Of a stretch of DNA of 64,000 nt, positions 1 to 9,744 are shown piece after piece. Below the pieces are notes generated by a model, which saw nothing but the letters and a program-made list of their open reading frames with translations, had not been told where the DNA came from and ran no database searches. The DNA is taken from NCBI GenBank assembly GCA_029858305.1, contig JAOUFI010000005.1, positions 1-64,000 of the forward strand, in the 5' to 3' direction. Position 1 is the stretch's first letter, and each line of letters begins with the position of its first letter. Both the position numbers and the translations under genes were made by a program. The DNA is from Candidatus Thorarchaeota archaeon (GTDB lineage: Archaea; Asgardarchaeota; Thorarchaeia; Thorarchaeales; Thorarchaeaceae).

Positions 1-2
1 CA

Positions 3-719
3 CCCTATATCATCGGTGGGTATAGTGAGTATGTCTATCTCTCACCAGGTACACACATCATCAAGATTCCGGATCATGTCAGCTTTGATGGAGCTAGTGC
101 AGTTGGTTGTGCGATGCCAACTGCTGTTCATACTGTACTTAGGAGCCCGCTTACTTGGGGAATGAATGTTGCAATTCAGGGCTCTGGTCCAGTAGGTCTA
201 ATGATAGCTGTTATAGCTCTCATCAGTGGTGCCTCCTCAGTCACCATGATTGATCAGGCCAAGAACCGTCTTGAGCTAGCAAAGAAATTCGGAGTCACGC
301 ATACTCTCAATATTGGAGAGACTACCTTGGATGAACGGAAACAGAAGCTGATAGAGATAGCCGGTGGACATGGACCAGACATTGTCTATGAAGCAACAGG
401 TAATGCACGAGCCATACCTGAGGGTATTGAGTTGGTCCGAGAAGGAGGCGCGTACACTATATGCGGACAATACACGGACAGTGGTACCGTCGAAATCAAT
501 CCTCATTTGATGAACAAGAAACATCTTGACATTAAGACAGTCTGGGGCTCTGAAACCCTACATGTCTACAAGGGTGTCAAGACGATTGCTGACAATTATG
601 ATAGGTTTCCGTTTGATGCTCTTGTCACACACAAGTTTAGTCTTGACGACGCTCAGAAAGCTCTAGAGGCGCAAGAGAGTCATGTATCACTAAAAGCGGT
701 TATCCAGCCGCATAGTTAG
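3..719 (+). CDS. Zn-dependent alcohol dehydrogenase (MDR family), 5'-truncated by window edge
   Basis: Frame is open upstream of 114 (PYIIGGYSEYVYL...GCAM); GSGPVG Rossmann motif, DIVYEATG, LVTHKFSL..A typical of MDR. Confidence 0.9.
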   Translation, partial: PYIIGGYSEYVYLSPGTHIIKIPDHVSFDGASAVGCAMPTAVHTVLRSPLTWGMNVAIQGSGPVGLMIAVIALISGASSVTMIDQAKNRLELAKKFGVTHTLNIGETTLDERKQKLIEIAGGHGPDIVYEATGNARAIPEGIELVREGGAYTICGQYTDSGTVEINPHLMNKKHLDIKTVWGSETLHVYKGVKTIADNYDRFPFDALVTHKFSLDDAQKALEAQESHVSLKAVIQPHS

Positions 720-738
720 AGATGAAGGAGATCGACCT

Positions 739-1923
739 ATGGCATCGACAATTGAGAAAGCAAAGTGTAAGCAAGCTCTTGAGCTTCTGAAGGAGTTGGA
801 TCTTGACTCATGGCTAGTGTGGGTTCGAGAAACCTCACAGATGGCAGATCCTGTCTTGGAGCTCATATTGGGTGGGGACCTTGTCTGGGAATCTGCATTA
901 CTCTTTACAAAAGCTGGTGAGAAAGTTGCCATAGTCGGTAACTTCGATGCAGGCGGTCTTGAATCGAGCGGTATCTACGATAAAGTGATTCCATATACCA
1001 AGGGAATTAGCGAGGTTTTGGTGACTGAACTTGCCCGAATCAATCCTCAAAAGATCGGTATAAACTACAGTAAAGATGATGTCGCAGCTGATGGACTAAC
1101 TGTAGGCATGTATGAGATTTTGAAGAACTATCTAAAGAAAACCCCCTACATTGACCGGTTGGTTTCAGCTGAGAGTCTGATTCAGCGTTTGCGTGGACGA
1201 AAGACAGCTGAAGAAGTAGAGTCTATCCGTAAAGCAATCGCTATAACTGAAGAGATATTCCACAATGCGGAAAGCCATGTAAGAGCAGGTCAGTCAGAGT
1301 GTGAGATCTATGACTTCTTTCATTCAGAGATGAGGAAGTATGGAGTCACCAGTGCCTGGAATGATGCTGATAATCCTGCGGTTGATGCAGGTCCAAACAA
1401 GCAATTTGGCCATGCTGGTCCTACAGATAATATGACCAAAGCTGGACATCTGCTACATTTTGACTTTGGAGTTCGCTACAAGGGATACTGCTCTGATATC
1501 CAAAGGATGTTCTTCTTTGGAGAAGAGAAGGACATTCCTAGTGAAGTACAAGAAGCCTTTGTTGCTGTTCGTGATGCGATATTCACAGCCTCCAAGTTCA
1601 TCAGACCTGGTCGTCTTGGTTATGAGGTTGATGCGATTGCACGAGATAGTGTTAGATCAGCAGGCTATGAGGAGTATCAACACGCCCTGGGACATCAACT
1701 TGGAAGAAATGCACATGATGGTGGAGTTCTTCTCGGACCGCAATGGGAGCGCTACGGCACATCTGTTATGGGTCCAGTCGAAATCGGTAATATCTTCACT
1801 CTAGAACTCTATGTTACAACAAAGGATTATGGTCAATTGAGTCTTGAGGAGGATATCGTAGTCACGAAAACAGGATGCCAGTTCCTCACTCGTCGGCAAC
1901 AGAAGCTCATTTGCATCAAGTAG
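739..1923 (+). CDS. Xaa-Pro aminopeptidase/dipeptidase (M24)
   Basis: DFGVRYKGYCSDIQR, HALGHQLG..HD, TLE, EEDIVVT metal-binding motifs; GGAG upstream. Confidence 0.92.
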   Translation: MASTIEKAKCKQALELLKELDLDSWLVWVRETSQMADPVLELILGGDLVWESALLFTKAGEKVAIVGNFDAGGLESSGIYDKVIPYTKGISEVLVTELARINPQKIGINYSKDDVAADGLTVGMYEILKNYLKKTPYIDRLVSAESLIQRLRGRKTAEEVESIRKAIAITEEIFHNAESHVRAGQSECEIYDFFHSEMRKYGVTSAWNDADNPAVDAGPNKQFGHAGPTDNMTKAGHLLHFDFGVRYKGYCSDIQRMFFFGEEKDIPSEVQEAFVAVRDAIFTASKFIRPGRLGYEVDAIARDSVRSAGYEEYQHALGHQLGRNAHDGGVLLGPQWERYGTSVMGPVEIGNIFTLELYVTTKDYGQLSLEEDIVVTKTGCQFLTRRQQKLICIK

Positions 1924-1957
1924 GTTTTTGGAGAACTGATGCCTTCAGAAAGCACAT

Positions 1958-3799
1958 CTAATCTGACATATACGGATCTTCGTCTACATCAATGTCCGCA
2001 TATCCTGCATCTCTAAGAAGATCTTCAATGGACTCTGCTCCTGTAATCCAGGAGATTCCCCAAGTATTATCCTCTTCCAGCCGTAGCTCAACATCTGGTA
2101 GATCACCAAGCAGGTTGTGGTCCATCTCTATGGCATCTTGGTATGCTCCAACTAAAGGAATTACAAAATACGATCCTGGAACATTCTCGAGCACTCCAAC
2201 AGGAATTCCAATACCCATTTTTCCTCTAGGCATTGTCAGAGGCCTGTTGTCTTTCGTGAACCAAACATTCTCGGTATGCTGTCTATAGAAATTAGCTATC
2301 TCGCCATCTGAATCGCATGTGATGTCCACCAGTCTGACAGTACTCTGTGGAAGTTTGTGCAAATCTCGAATTGGTATGACTGGGAAATGTTGTTGAACAA
2401 GAACGTGGTCCGCAATGCTATTGAATACACTGAAGTTTCCTATTACGATATGTTCAGGATACCAGAAATTTCTCTCTAATTTATCAGATACAAATGATGT
2501 AAGTTCCATCTGTCTTAGTTTTGCCCTCACTGCTGCTTCCAGATGCCCAACGACCATTTCTCTCTCAAAGATGAATCCAAGTCCTGCTAGTGTCAATCCA
2601 CCGAAATGCTCATGAAATTCGTTCCAGATTTCAACAATCGCGTCCAACGTTTTGGCATTGTGTATTTTATCTAGATAGGCTTCTTCCTCTACCTGAGTGG
2701 TTTCTGATTCGTATCTACCGCCGGGTGCAGGAAAGACAGACCGAAGTTCGAGTGCATATACAATTATGAGTGATGCAAGTGCTGTAATACCACGTCCAGA
2801 TTCTATCATTATATTTGGTTCTGGATGCTTTATGGATTCACACGCAATCTGTTCCTTGACTCCTGTTATGATATTGCGAGCGTATTGATACATCAGATCT
2901 GGGGGATGCGAGCTGGTATAATCGATAGCCAAGCCTCCTCCAAAATCGATATTCTCTAGGTTTGAGAGTCCCATATCACGAAGTTCAGCATAGAGCTTGG
3001 TCAGAAACTTGCCAAAGCTCGTAAATGCCTCGAGACTTGTTATTTGTGAACCTGCATGTCCGAGAATTGTTTTGACCGAATCTTCAAATCCTGTTTGTTT
3101 CAACAAATCTACTACATTGTAGAGGTCATGTATACTAAGACCAAACTTGGAATCACGTCCTGTTGAGTGTGACCAATGCCCTTCAACACTAAGATAGGGC
3201 TTGATGCGGAGTATCAAGTTGGTACTCTCAGGTTTGAAATACTGTACGACTAAACGAGCTTCATGTAGTGACTCAATTGAGATACCAATATTCCATCCAT
3301 CGTTCACACTCTCTTGGATTAGTTTGAGGTATTCTGGATCTTTCGCACCATTACAAACAATATGACGATGCTTTTCATTCTCTGTCACTGCTTTAATCAA
3401 GAGCAGTTCTGTTTTTGTTCCAGCTTCTAAGCCATACTCCGAATCTGAACGAATCACAGCTGATACAAAATCGCTTCGCTGATTGACTTTGACAGGGTAA
3501 ATTCCAATGAATTTTCCAGCATATTCTAACTCACTAAATACTCTTTCAAACAAAGCTCTTAGTTTCTTGATTTGATAGGTAATCAGTTGGGGGATGCGAA
3601 GAGTAAACGATGATGTATATCCAGCTAAATGTCCGTTTATGCTCTTGACTCTCTGAATCAATTCCTGTAACTCAATTCTTTGGTTAGCTAGTCTAATGCA
3701 GAGATTACCATCCTCAGTGATATCTAGGAAATGAAGGTCATTACGACCTACTCCAAAGACAATCTTTGATTTGTCAACTGACCAAGCCTCTTCTGTCAT
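1958..3799 (-). CDS. speA: Biosynthetic PLP-dependent arginine decarboxylase (SpeA type)
   Basis: YPVKVNQ PLP-lysine, GLEAGTKTE, CNGAKD, SKFGL, HAGSQI, DFGGGL, ESGR, DITCDSDG, GAYQ; start moved to ATG 3799 (GGAG upstream, removes overlap with upstream gene). Confidence 0.88.
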   Translation of the reverse strand: MTEEAWSVDKSKIVFGVGRNDLHFLDITEDGNLCIRLANQRIELQELIQRVKSINGHLAGYTSSFTLRIPQLITYQIKKLRALFERVFSELEYAGKFIGIYPVKVNQRSDFVSAVIRSDSEYGLEAGTKTELLLIKAVTENEKHRHIVCNGAKDPEYLKLIQESVNDGWNIGISIESLHEARLVVQYFKPESTNLILRIKPYLSVEGHWSHSTGRDSKFGLSIHDLYNVVDLLKQTGFEDSVKTILGHAGSQITSLEAFTSFGKFLTKLYAELRDMGLSNLENIDFGGGLAIDYTSSHPPDLMYQYARNIITGVKEQIACESIKHPEPNIMIESGRGITALASLIIVYALELRSVFPAPGGRYESETTQVEEEAYLDKIHNAKTLDAIVEIWNEFHEHFGGLTLAGLGFIFEREMVVGHLEAAVRAKLRQMELTSFVSDKLERNFWYPEHIVIGNFSVFNSIADHVLVQQHFPVIPIRDLHKLPQSTVRLVDITCDSDGEIANFYRQHTENVWFTKDNRPLTMPRGKMGIGIPVGVLENVPGSYFVIPLVGAYQDAIEMDHNLLGDLPDVELRLEEDNTWGISWITGAESIEDLLRDAGYADIDVDEDPYMSD

Positions 3800-3830
3800 T
3801 TTTTGGCTCCTATGTAGCGATGAGAGGATG

Positions 3831-5294
3831 CTATAATTCTTCATCCTCTTTAATTGAATCCAGCATTCCTTGGAACGCACGTGCCAACTCACCAATCTCA
3901 TCATCTTTTGAGATATATGATTGGTCCACCTGCAGATCTTGGGTATCGAGTGGTTGTTCCCTAATTCTTGCCGCCGCATTTCTAGTTGCTAAATCCATTA
4001 GGTATTGCAGTGGTCGGGTTATTGTATTTGAAACAGATACTGCCACAATCCCTGCAATTATGATGCCTCCCACAGTCACAAAGAGGATGAAAGCTGCAGC
4101 CTCCGCGTTTGCATTGAGTATTCTCTGCTGAAGTGGAGGGATTGCTTCTAGAATTTCATCGAGTGGAACTGCGATAGCACAGATGTAGTTTCCCTTTTCT
4201 ACAGGAGTATAAACTAAGATACGTTCTGCACCATCCCGAGTATACTTTAAGGCACCAGACGCACTTGTCGCTGTCATGGTATTGATCTGTGATTGGAGAA
4301 GAGCTGGACTATCATCCTCATTCGCTTCTACATCTATTAGATCAGGAAGTCCTGTAATATATGCAGTATCTGGGACTTCAGGATGAGCAATTACACTTCC
4401 ATCGGAGTTCATCAGAAACGCATAGCCTGTTTCAAGAACTTTGACGTCAATCACTTTTGATCGAATGTCTTCGATTGTGATATCTCCAGAGATAACTGCC
4501 TGGAATTGACTATCCCAGTAGACAGCTCTGCCAATAGATATCAAGAGGACATTATCAAACTCATCATAATACGGTTCGACAAACACAGTTTCTCCTGCTC
4601 CACTCCATATATCGATATACCAGTCCTCGCCACGTGGATCGTAGGGATCAGATGCTCTATCAGCATCAGTCCCTGCGAGAATGCTACCCGGATAGTTAAT
4701 GAATAGACCATCGTCTGCAAAAGCAATGTAGAGCCATCTGAAGGCAAGTTGATCATGAATTGCTTTGAATATATAGTCGATATTCGACACTCGTCCAAGC
4801 TTGTCTGCATTTTCTGATATGTCTGCATAGCTTGAATTATAGTTTGTAGAATCGGTTCCTGCAATATACCAACTACTATAATCCCACGAAACATTGAGAC
4901 CATAATTGGGATCGTAGTGATTGTCCGCTGGGTCAGGTGCTACTGTATCATTCTCAAACAGCAAGTCATAATAGACAGGTCTGTAGGCATAAGTTGAATC
5001 ACTATCAAATAACGCCTCTAGTTCCTTTGCTGCTGCTTCGATCATCCCTTGAGCGCTTGTTAATTTCTGATTGATGACTAAGGCTGTCTTCTGAGCTGTC
5101 TGCTCCATATTCGATTGTATCTGTGTTTCCAGTGCCAAGGAGCTCTGCTCCAACGTGAATCCTCCAATAATATCCACGAAGGTCAAAGATACGAATCCGG
5201 TCACTGAAAGTGAGACCAAAGAGATCACTAAAAAGGTGAGAATGACGTTTGTACGGAATTTTCCTTTCTTCTTTGTTTGAGTTGATTGTGACAT
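3831..5294 (-). CDS. Membrane sensor TM-dCache-TM-HAMP with no cytoplasmic output domain
   Basis: N-terminal TM; YDPRGEDWY, EPYYD, GYAFLMNSDGSVIAHP Cache motifs; second TM; ITRPL...DEIGELARAF HAMP, then stop. Confidence 0.85.
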   Translation of the reverse strand: MSQSTQTKKKGKFRTNVILTFLVISLVSLSVTGFVSLTFVDIIGGFTLEQSSLALETQIQSNMEQTAQKTALVINQKLTSAQGMIEAAAKELEALFDSDSTYAYRPVYYDLLFENDTVAPDPADNHYDPNYGLNVSWDYSSWYIAGTDSTNYNSSYADISENADKLGRVSNIDYIFKAIHDQLAFRWLYIAFADDGLFINYPGSILAGTDADRASDPYDPRGEDWYIDIWSGAGETVFVEPYYDEFDNVLLISIGRAVYWDSQFQAVISGDITIEDIRSKVIDVKVLETGYAFLMNSDGSVIAHPEVPDTAYITGLPDLIDVEANEDDSPALLQSQINTMTATSASGALKYTRDGAERILVYTPVEKGNYICAIAVPLDEILEAIPPLQQRILNANAEAAAFILFVTVGGIIIAGIVAVSVSNTITRPLQYLMDLATRNAAARIREQPLDTQDLQVDQSYISKDDEIGELARAFQGMLDSIKEDEEL

Positions 5295-5310
5295 TTTTTC
5301 ATTTTCCTCC

Positions 5311-8196
5311 TTAGTAATCTACAGTCGTTCCTCCCACTTCCAGTTGTGCCATCAGAACTCCAATTTTATCAAAGGCTTTTTCGATATCCATGCGGACATC
5401 AACACTATCAACAACTGACAAGTATTGCCCCTGAGGAATGTTATCACAAATGGACTCAAGCAGTTCCTCAGTTGTCATCTGGCGCCCTGTTGTCGGTGAA
5501 CGTACTTTCTTCTTGTCAACCGGCAGTTTCAATTCCTGACCGACACCTATCACGATTAAATTCACATCGAGATGATTATCCCGAATGAATCCCTCGATTG
5601 TCAAAGGTTTCTTTCTCCTCAGACGGTCATTTTGTGTGATGATTCCTTCTAACGCGTCCAGGGAGTAGGTGTCGGAGCTATTATCCTGACCATCTGTTAG
5701 GGCAATCACCCATCTATGTTCACTCGACTCGATTTTATTCAACTCCTCAAGAGCTCTTCCAAGCGCATCATAGAATGCGGTCGAATAATTCGGATACTTT
5801 AAGGCATCAAGAGCTTTGAAAATGGGGCTGTTTTCTTCATCGTATTCTCCTTTTATTGTGAGAGGGAGAATCTCACGATATGTGGAGTTGAATATGATTA
5901 TTGAAACTGCATCCTGCGGATTCACCTGGCTATGTAGAATTTCCTTTGCTCCAGTTACAGCCGCCTTGATTCGTTGCTGCGCCTGCATACTACCTGAATA
6001 ATCGATTACAAAAGTGACGCTCTTCTTGTAAAGAATGGACCTTCTGAGCTTCTCTGCCCGCCTTCGGACGTCATGACTCGGTTTGTTCAACTGGTCTAGA
6101 ACATCGGCAAGTCTCTGCATAGCAAAGACAACGAGCCATAGCTCATCAGTGCTTTCACCGAACTTGATTGCATCACTATAGGATTTTTCCGCCTTCTTCC
6201 AGTTCCCTTGAACTTGAAAGAGTTCGCCCTGATGGTAATTGATATACGCCAAACTTCGCTCGTAACCAATAGATTTAGCTGTTCCTTCTGCTTCACTGAA
6301 ACGAGATTGAGCCTGACTATAACGACCATCCTTCATCAGAACCAGTCCCATTGCATCATAACGCCTTGCTAGCCCATAGGAGTTCTTTGTGGTTTCATCT
6401 ATAGCACGAGCATCTTCAAGCAATTTCAAGGCAATATCTGCATGGCCGAGGTCCATTTCAACAAGAGCCATATTATGATGGATGGATGCAATTCGTATCA
6501 TTGCAGCTTTCTCTTCAGTTGTATCATCCTTTGTTTGTTCAAGGATCTTGTTAGAAATGGCTAAAGATTGCTTATAGTAGTCCATAGCATTGGTAGTATC
6601 TCCTCGCTGTCGAAACACATTGCCAATATTCAGAAGCATGGTCTGTTCGCCTGTTTCAATTCTTAATCTCCGACTTATCTCCAACAAATTCTGATAATTG
6701 GCGAGTGCTCTCCTAAGATCGCCTCGAATGAATGCCTGGTTTCCAAATCTCATTGCCTCCTGGAAACTAAGCAGAGCATCTACGGTGGTTCCCACTTCCT
6801 CATACATCGCACCTGCTGTAGTCACTCCTCTTGTAAAGTCCTGTCGTGCCATTTTCTCAACAAGGCGAGTCATTTCGGTTATTGGTTCCACCACTGCTCT
6901 GCCTCTTCTAGAAGAAACAGTTGACACAACTGCCGCTACAACGGCTAACACACCTCCAAGAACTGCGGTGAGGATGAGTGTTCGAGTTGCAACAAGATCA
7001 AGGATACTTGTTGCTGGTGCAATGATATCTGAGTCTGGCACAACAACAGCTAGAATGTAGTCGGTACCCTCAATCTGTTCGAATGCCATGTGCCATGTCT
7101 TTGAGTTCTTTTGATACTCTATTTGTCCGAAATCCTCTACTAAGACCTGGCTCGTCAAGAGACTTCTAAAAGCAACTGCTTCAGGGCTTGTTGTACTACC
7201 AAATTCCAGGATTTCTATTGGTGCAACCTCTTCATCCAAGGATTGCTCTTTGTGAGCTACAACATTAGAGGCAGAATCTAGAATGAACGCATAGCCATTT
7301 GTTGAAACATTTAGACTCAATACCTTGTCTAGCACTGTTGCCATAGTAACATCTGCTGATACTACACCTATGAGTGAACCATTATCGAATCTGACAGGTC
7401 TCCCCATTGAAATTACAAGCCCAACTGGATCCACATAGGGAGCTGTTAAAATTACGCGATCGTCACTCGGAGAAATCGTTGCGACATTTGTATACCAATC
7501 CTGTGCATTCGCATCATAATCAAGGTTTGGCCCATCATAATCAAGAAAATAACTCAAGTCATCAAATGGGTAGTTCTTGAAAAGATGCTGATCAGAAACT
7601 GCAAGGTCATATCCCATGTAGAGCCATTTGTAGTCTTCATTCATCTCATGTAGTGCTTTGAATATATTAATCATATTCGAAGAATAGTCAAGAGCAACCT
7701 GAGTGTTTGGTGAAAAATCATGAGGATCATTATTATTCCATTCAGATCGAGGTATGAAGTAGCAATCTGCAGCAAAGGAGATGAACTCGGAATCGTATGC
7801 ATTAATGATGTCTTCGTCAGTTTCAAACGTACCAAGAAGATCTGACCATTGAGGTTCGTCATTAAAGTCCCAATAGTAGCTATACTGTGGGGTTGCAGAA
7901 ATCCTGTCGTTAAACAAATCCTCACAGTAGGCTTCTAGCATATATACACCATCAATGTAGCTTTGCCATCGCTCTCCGATGAAGAGAGCTGTATCGTTTG
8001 AGAGTCTCTGGAGGTTTGCTAATTCCTCCGCCTTCAAAGCTTCTGCAGCATCACCAGCATTGGCATTGGATACAGTAAATATCTCTCCAACAGATAACGC
8101 TGAAATAACTAGCATTGGTACTAGCGCTACCACTACAAAAGTGACTACGATTCTTTTTGAGATGTCCATTTTCCTTTTCTCACCCGTGACTTTCAA
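5311..8196 (-). CDS. Membrane sensor TM-dCache-TM-HAMP-TPR-vWA
   Basis: DWY/APYVD/GYAFILDS..VVAH Cache motifs; VVEPI...EEVG HAMP; TPRs (NIGNVFRQRGD..AMDYYKQSL); vWA MIDAS DYSGSM, TAFYDAL, LTDGQD; true start may be ATG 8169. Confidence 0.85.
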   Translation of the reverse strand: MKVTGEKRKMDISKRIVVTFVVVALVPMLVISALSVGEIFTVSNANAGDAAEALKAEELANLQRLSNDTALFIGERWQSYIDGVYMLEAYCEDLFNDRISATPQYSYYWDFNDEPQWSDLLGTFETDEDIINAYDSEFISFAADCYFIPRSEWNNNDPHDFSPNTQVALDYSSNMINIFKALHEMNEDYKWLYMGYDLAVSDQHLFKNYPFDDLSYFLDYDGPNLDYDANAQDWYTNVATISPSDDRVILTAPYVDPVGLVISMGRPVRFDNGSLIGVVSADVTMATVLDKVLSLNVSTNGYAFILDSASNVVAHKEQSLDEEVAPIEILEFGSTTSPEAVAFRSLLTSQVLVEDFGQIEYQKNSKTWHMAFEQIEGTDYILAVVVPDSDIIAPATSILDLVATRTLILTAVLGGVLAVVAAVVSTVSSRRGRAVVEPITEMTRLVEKMARQDFTRGVTTAGAMYEEVGTTVDALLSFQEAMRFGNQAFIRGDLRRALANYQNLLEISRRLRIETGEQTMLLNIGNVFRQRGDTTNAMDYYKQSLAISNKILEQTKDDTTEEKAAMIRIASIHHNMALVEMDLGHADIALKLLEDARAIDETTKNSYGLARRYDAMGLVLMKDGRYSQAQSRFSEAEGTAKSIGYERSLAYINYHQGELFQVQGNWKKAEKSYSDAIKFGESTDELWLVVFAMQRLADVLDQLNKPSHDVRRRAEKLRRSILYKKSVTFVIDYSGSMQAQQRIKAAVTGAKEILHSQVNPQDAVSIIIFNSTYREILPLTIKGEYDEENSPIFKALDALKYPNYSTAFYDALGRALEELNKIESSEHRWVIALTDGQDNSSDTYSLDALEGIITQNDRLRRKKPLTIEGFIRDNHLDVNLIVIGVGQELKLPVDKKKVRSPTTGRQMTTEELLESICDNIPQGQYLSVVDSVDVRMDIEKAFDKIGVLMAQLEVGGTTVDY

Positions 8197-8232
8197 TTGT
8201 CATTGTAATCATCAACATTTGATCCCTCATAC

Positions 8233-9678
8233 CTATCCAGTCTGAGCTTTCAGCTCATTGATTAATTTATCAGCAAAATACTTGGCATCCATCTTCTCAC
8301 CTAGTATGAATAGATCACCTTCAAGGGTTCCTTGAACAGTTTCTTCACCAAGTAGAATAATTAGAGTTCTACGAAGAATCGAGCGATCTACACCTGTTTC
8401 CTTCTCCAAACGTGCTACATCGACACTATCTGTTCCTCTAAGGAGGTTTAGTACTGTTGCTTGAACATTCCTGATATCTTTCTCTTCCAGCTTTACAAGT
8501 TTTTTCCGTTTTTTAGGCTCTGTCCGGACAAATATATTGCCATCTAGATGCCCATCAATATCTTCACTCTGAATCATCGCTTGCAAGCTTCGTTTCAAGT
8601 TGTACGCAGCAGGTCTAGGAAGAGTTTTTCGAAGTATCCGATCCAAATCCTTCAGTTTGATTTGGTTATGCTTCGAAGTGATTGAATCAATACTCTCTTG
8701 GATATACTCCTCAATGACATATTCTTCTATCATCTGGAGCGGTGCTCCGCATGATGCACACTTTGGCGCTTCTGGAGATGTTGGCGCCCCGCAGTTACCA
8801 CATTTGACAGCTCTGCGATAGAGAATCTCTTTCGTCGAACCAATTTGCTGTAGAATCACTCTTTCGCTCCTTGATGCTTTTCCTGATTCTTCTACTTCCC
8901 AGAAACTGAGTTTGTTGTCTTTCGTGCTCACTACAAGATATGCAATGTTTGAAATTTCATCAGGTATGCCTGTCGCCATTGCCCTCGGGACGTCACTTTC
9001 ATCAATTCTGGCAATTTCATTCCCGTCAATATCCCAGATTCGAAGAGTCATTGATAAATCTCCCGTGACAAAGAGCTTGCGATCTTCGAAGGAAAGAACT
9101 GCAAAGACAGTGATTTTGTTTCCCAATTGAAGTTCACGGAGGAAGTATCCTGCAGCTGTCAGGATAGTGACTTTCCCTGTCTTTTCCGCGATGACTATTT
9201 CAAGTTCAGTATCATTAGTGATGTCTTCAAGCCACACATCTGAAATTGGTTCGTTGACATTTCTAGTGAAGATTGCATCCTTGTCATCATTATAGAGAAT
9301 CACTCGATTGTTTTGTAGAGCAACCACGACTTCAGCTGCGTCATCACCATCAATATCACGAGCATCGCATGCTATTACATCACTCTCAAGAGTTATGTTC
9401 CAAACAGTACTACCTCTATGGTCTACGACTAAGACCTTCTTGCCTACACCACCGACAAGTGAATCCTGACCTTCGCCTTCGAAATCTGCGACTGCTATGC
9501 ATCTGACCTTGCTGCTCCATTTTCGGGTACTCGTAAGAGTACCCTTTGCATCAAACACTCGAAGTCTATCACCATAATCCAACGAGAAGACTTGCGCGCT
9601 TGCATCCCTTCTCTGACGTACATAAACTGAGTAAATATTTGATGCAGTGGGGACACTTGCAACCTCGCGAATCTTCAA
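8233..9678 (-). CDS. FG-GAP-like beta-propeller + Zn ribbon + two winged-helix (PCI-like) domains
   Basis: DFEGEG, DIDGDD..E, DITNDT..E repeats; CGNCG..CASCG; C-terminal I.GHLDG and V.GTLEG wing motifs. Confidence 0.65.
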   Translation of the reverse strand: MKIREVASVPTASNIYSVYVRQRRDASAQVFSLDYGDRLRVFDAKGTLTSTRKWSSKVRCIAVADFEGEGQDSLVGGVGKKVLVVDHRGSTVWNITLESDVIACDARDIDGDDAAEVVVALQNNRVILYNDDKDAIFTRNVNEPISDVWLEDITNDTELEIVIAEKTGKVTILTAAGYFLRELQLGNKITVFAVLSFEDRKLFVTGDLSMTLRIWDIDGNEIARIDESDVPRAMATGIPDEISNIAYLVVSTKDNKLSFWEVEESGKASRSERVILQQIGSTKEILYRRAVKCGNCGAPTSPEAPKCASCGAPLQMIEEYVIEEYIQESIDSITSKHNQIKLKDLDRILRKTLPRPAAYNLKRSLQAMIQSEDIDGHLDGNIFVRTEPKKRKKLVKLEEKDIRNVQATVLNLLRGTDSVDVARLEKETGVDRSILRRTLIILLGEETVQGTLEGDLFILGEKMDAKYFADKLINELKAQTG

Positions 9679-9744
9679 ATCGTTGATAGCACCTTGTGCA
9701 AACTTGTTGCATAGCCATATAAGTTTGCTAGGGTTTCGAAGAAA

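Noticed and set aside
3800-3979. N-terminal 60 aa of the 673-aa speA ORF
   Set aside because: Overlaps the upstream receptor gene; a better start with SD is at 3799
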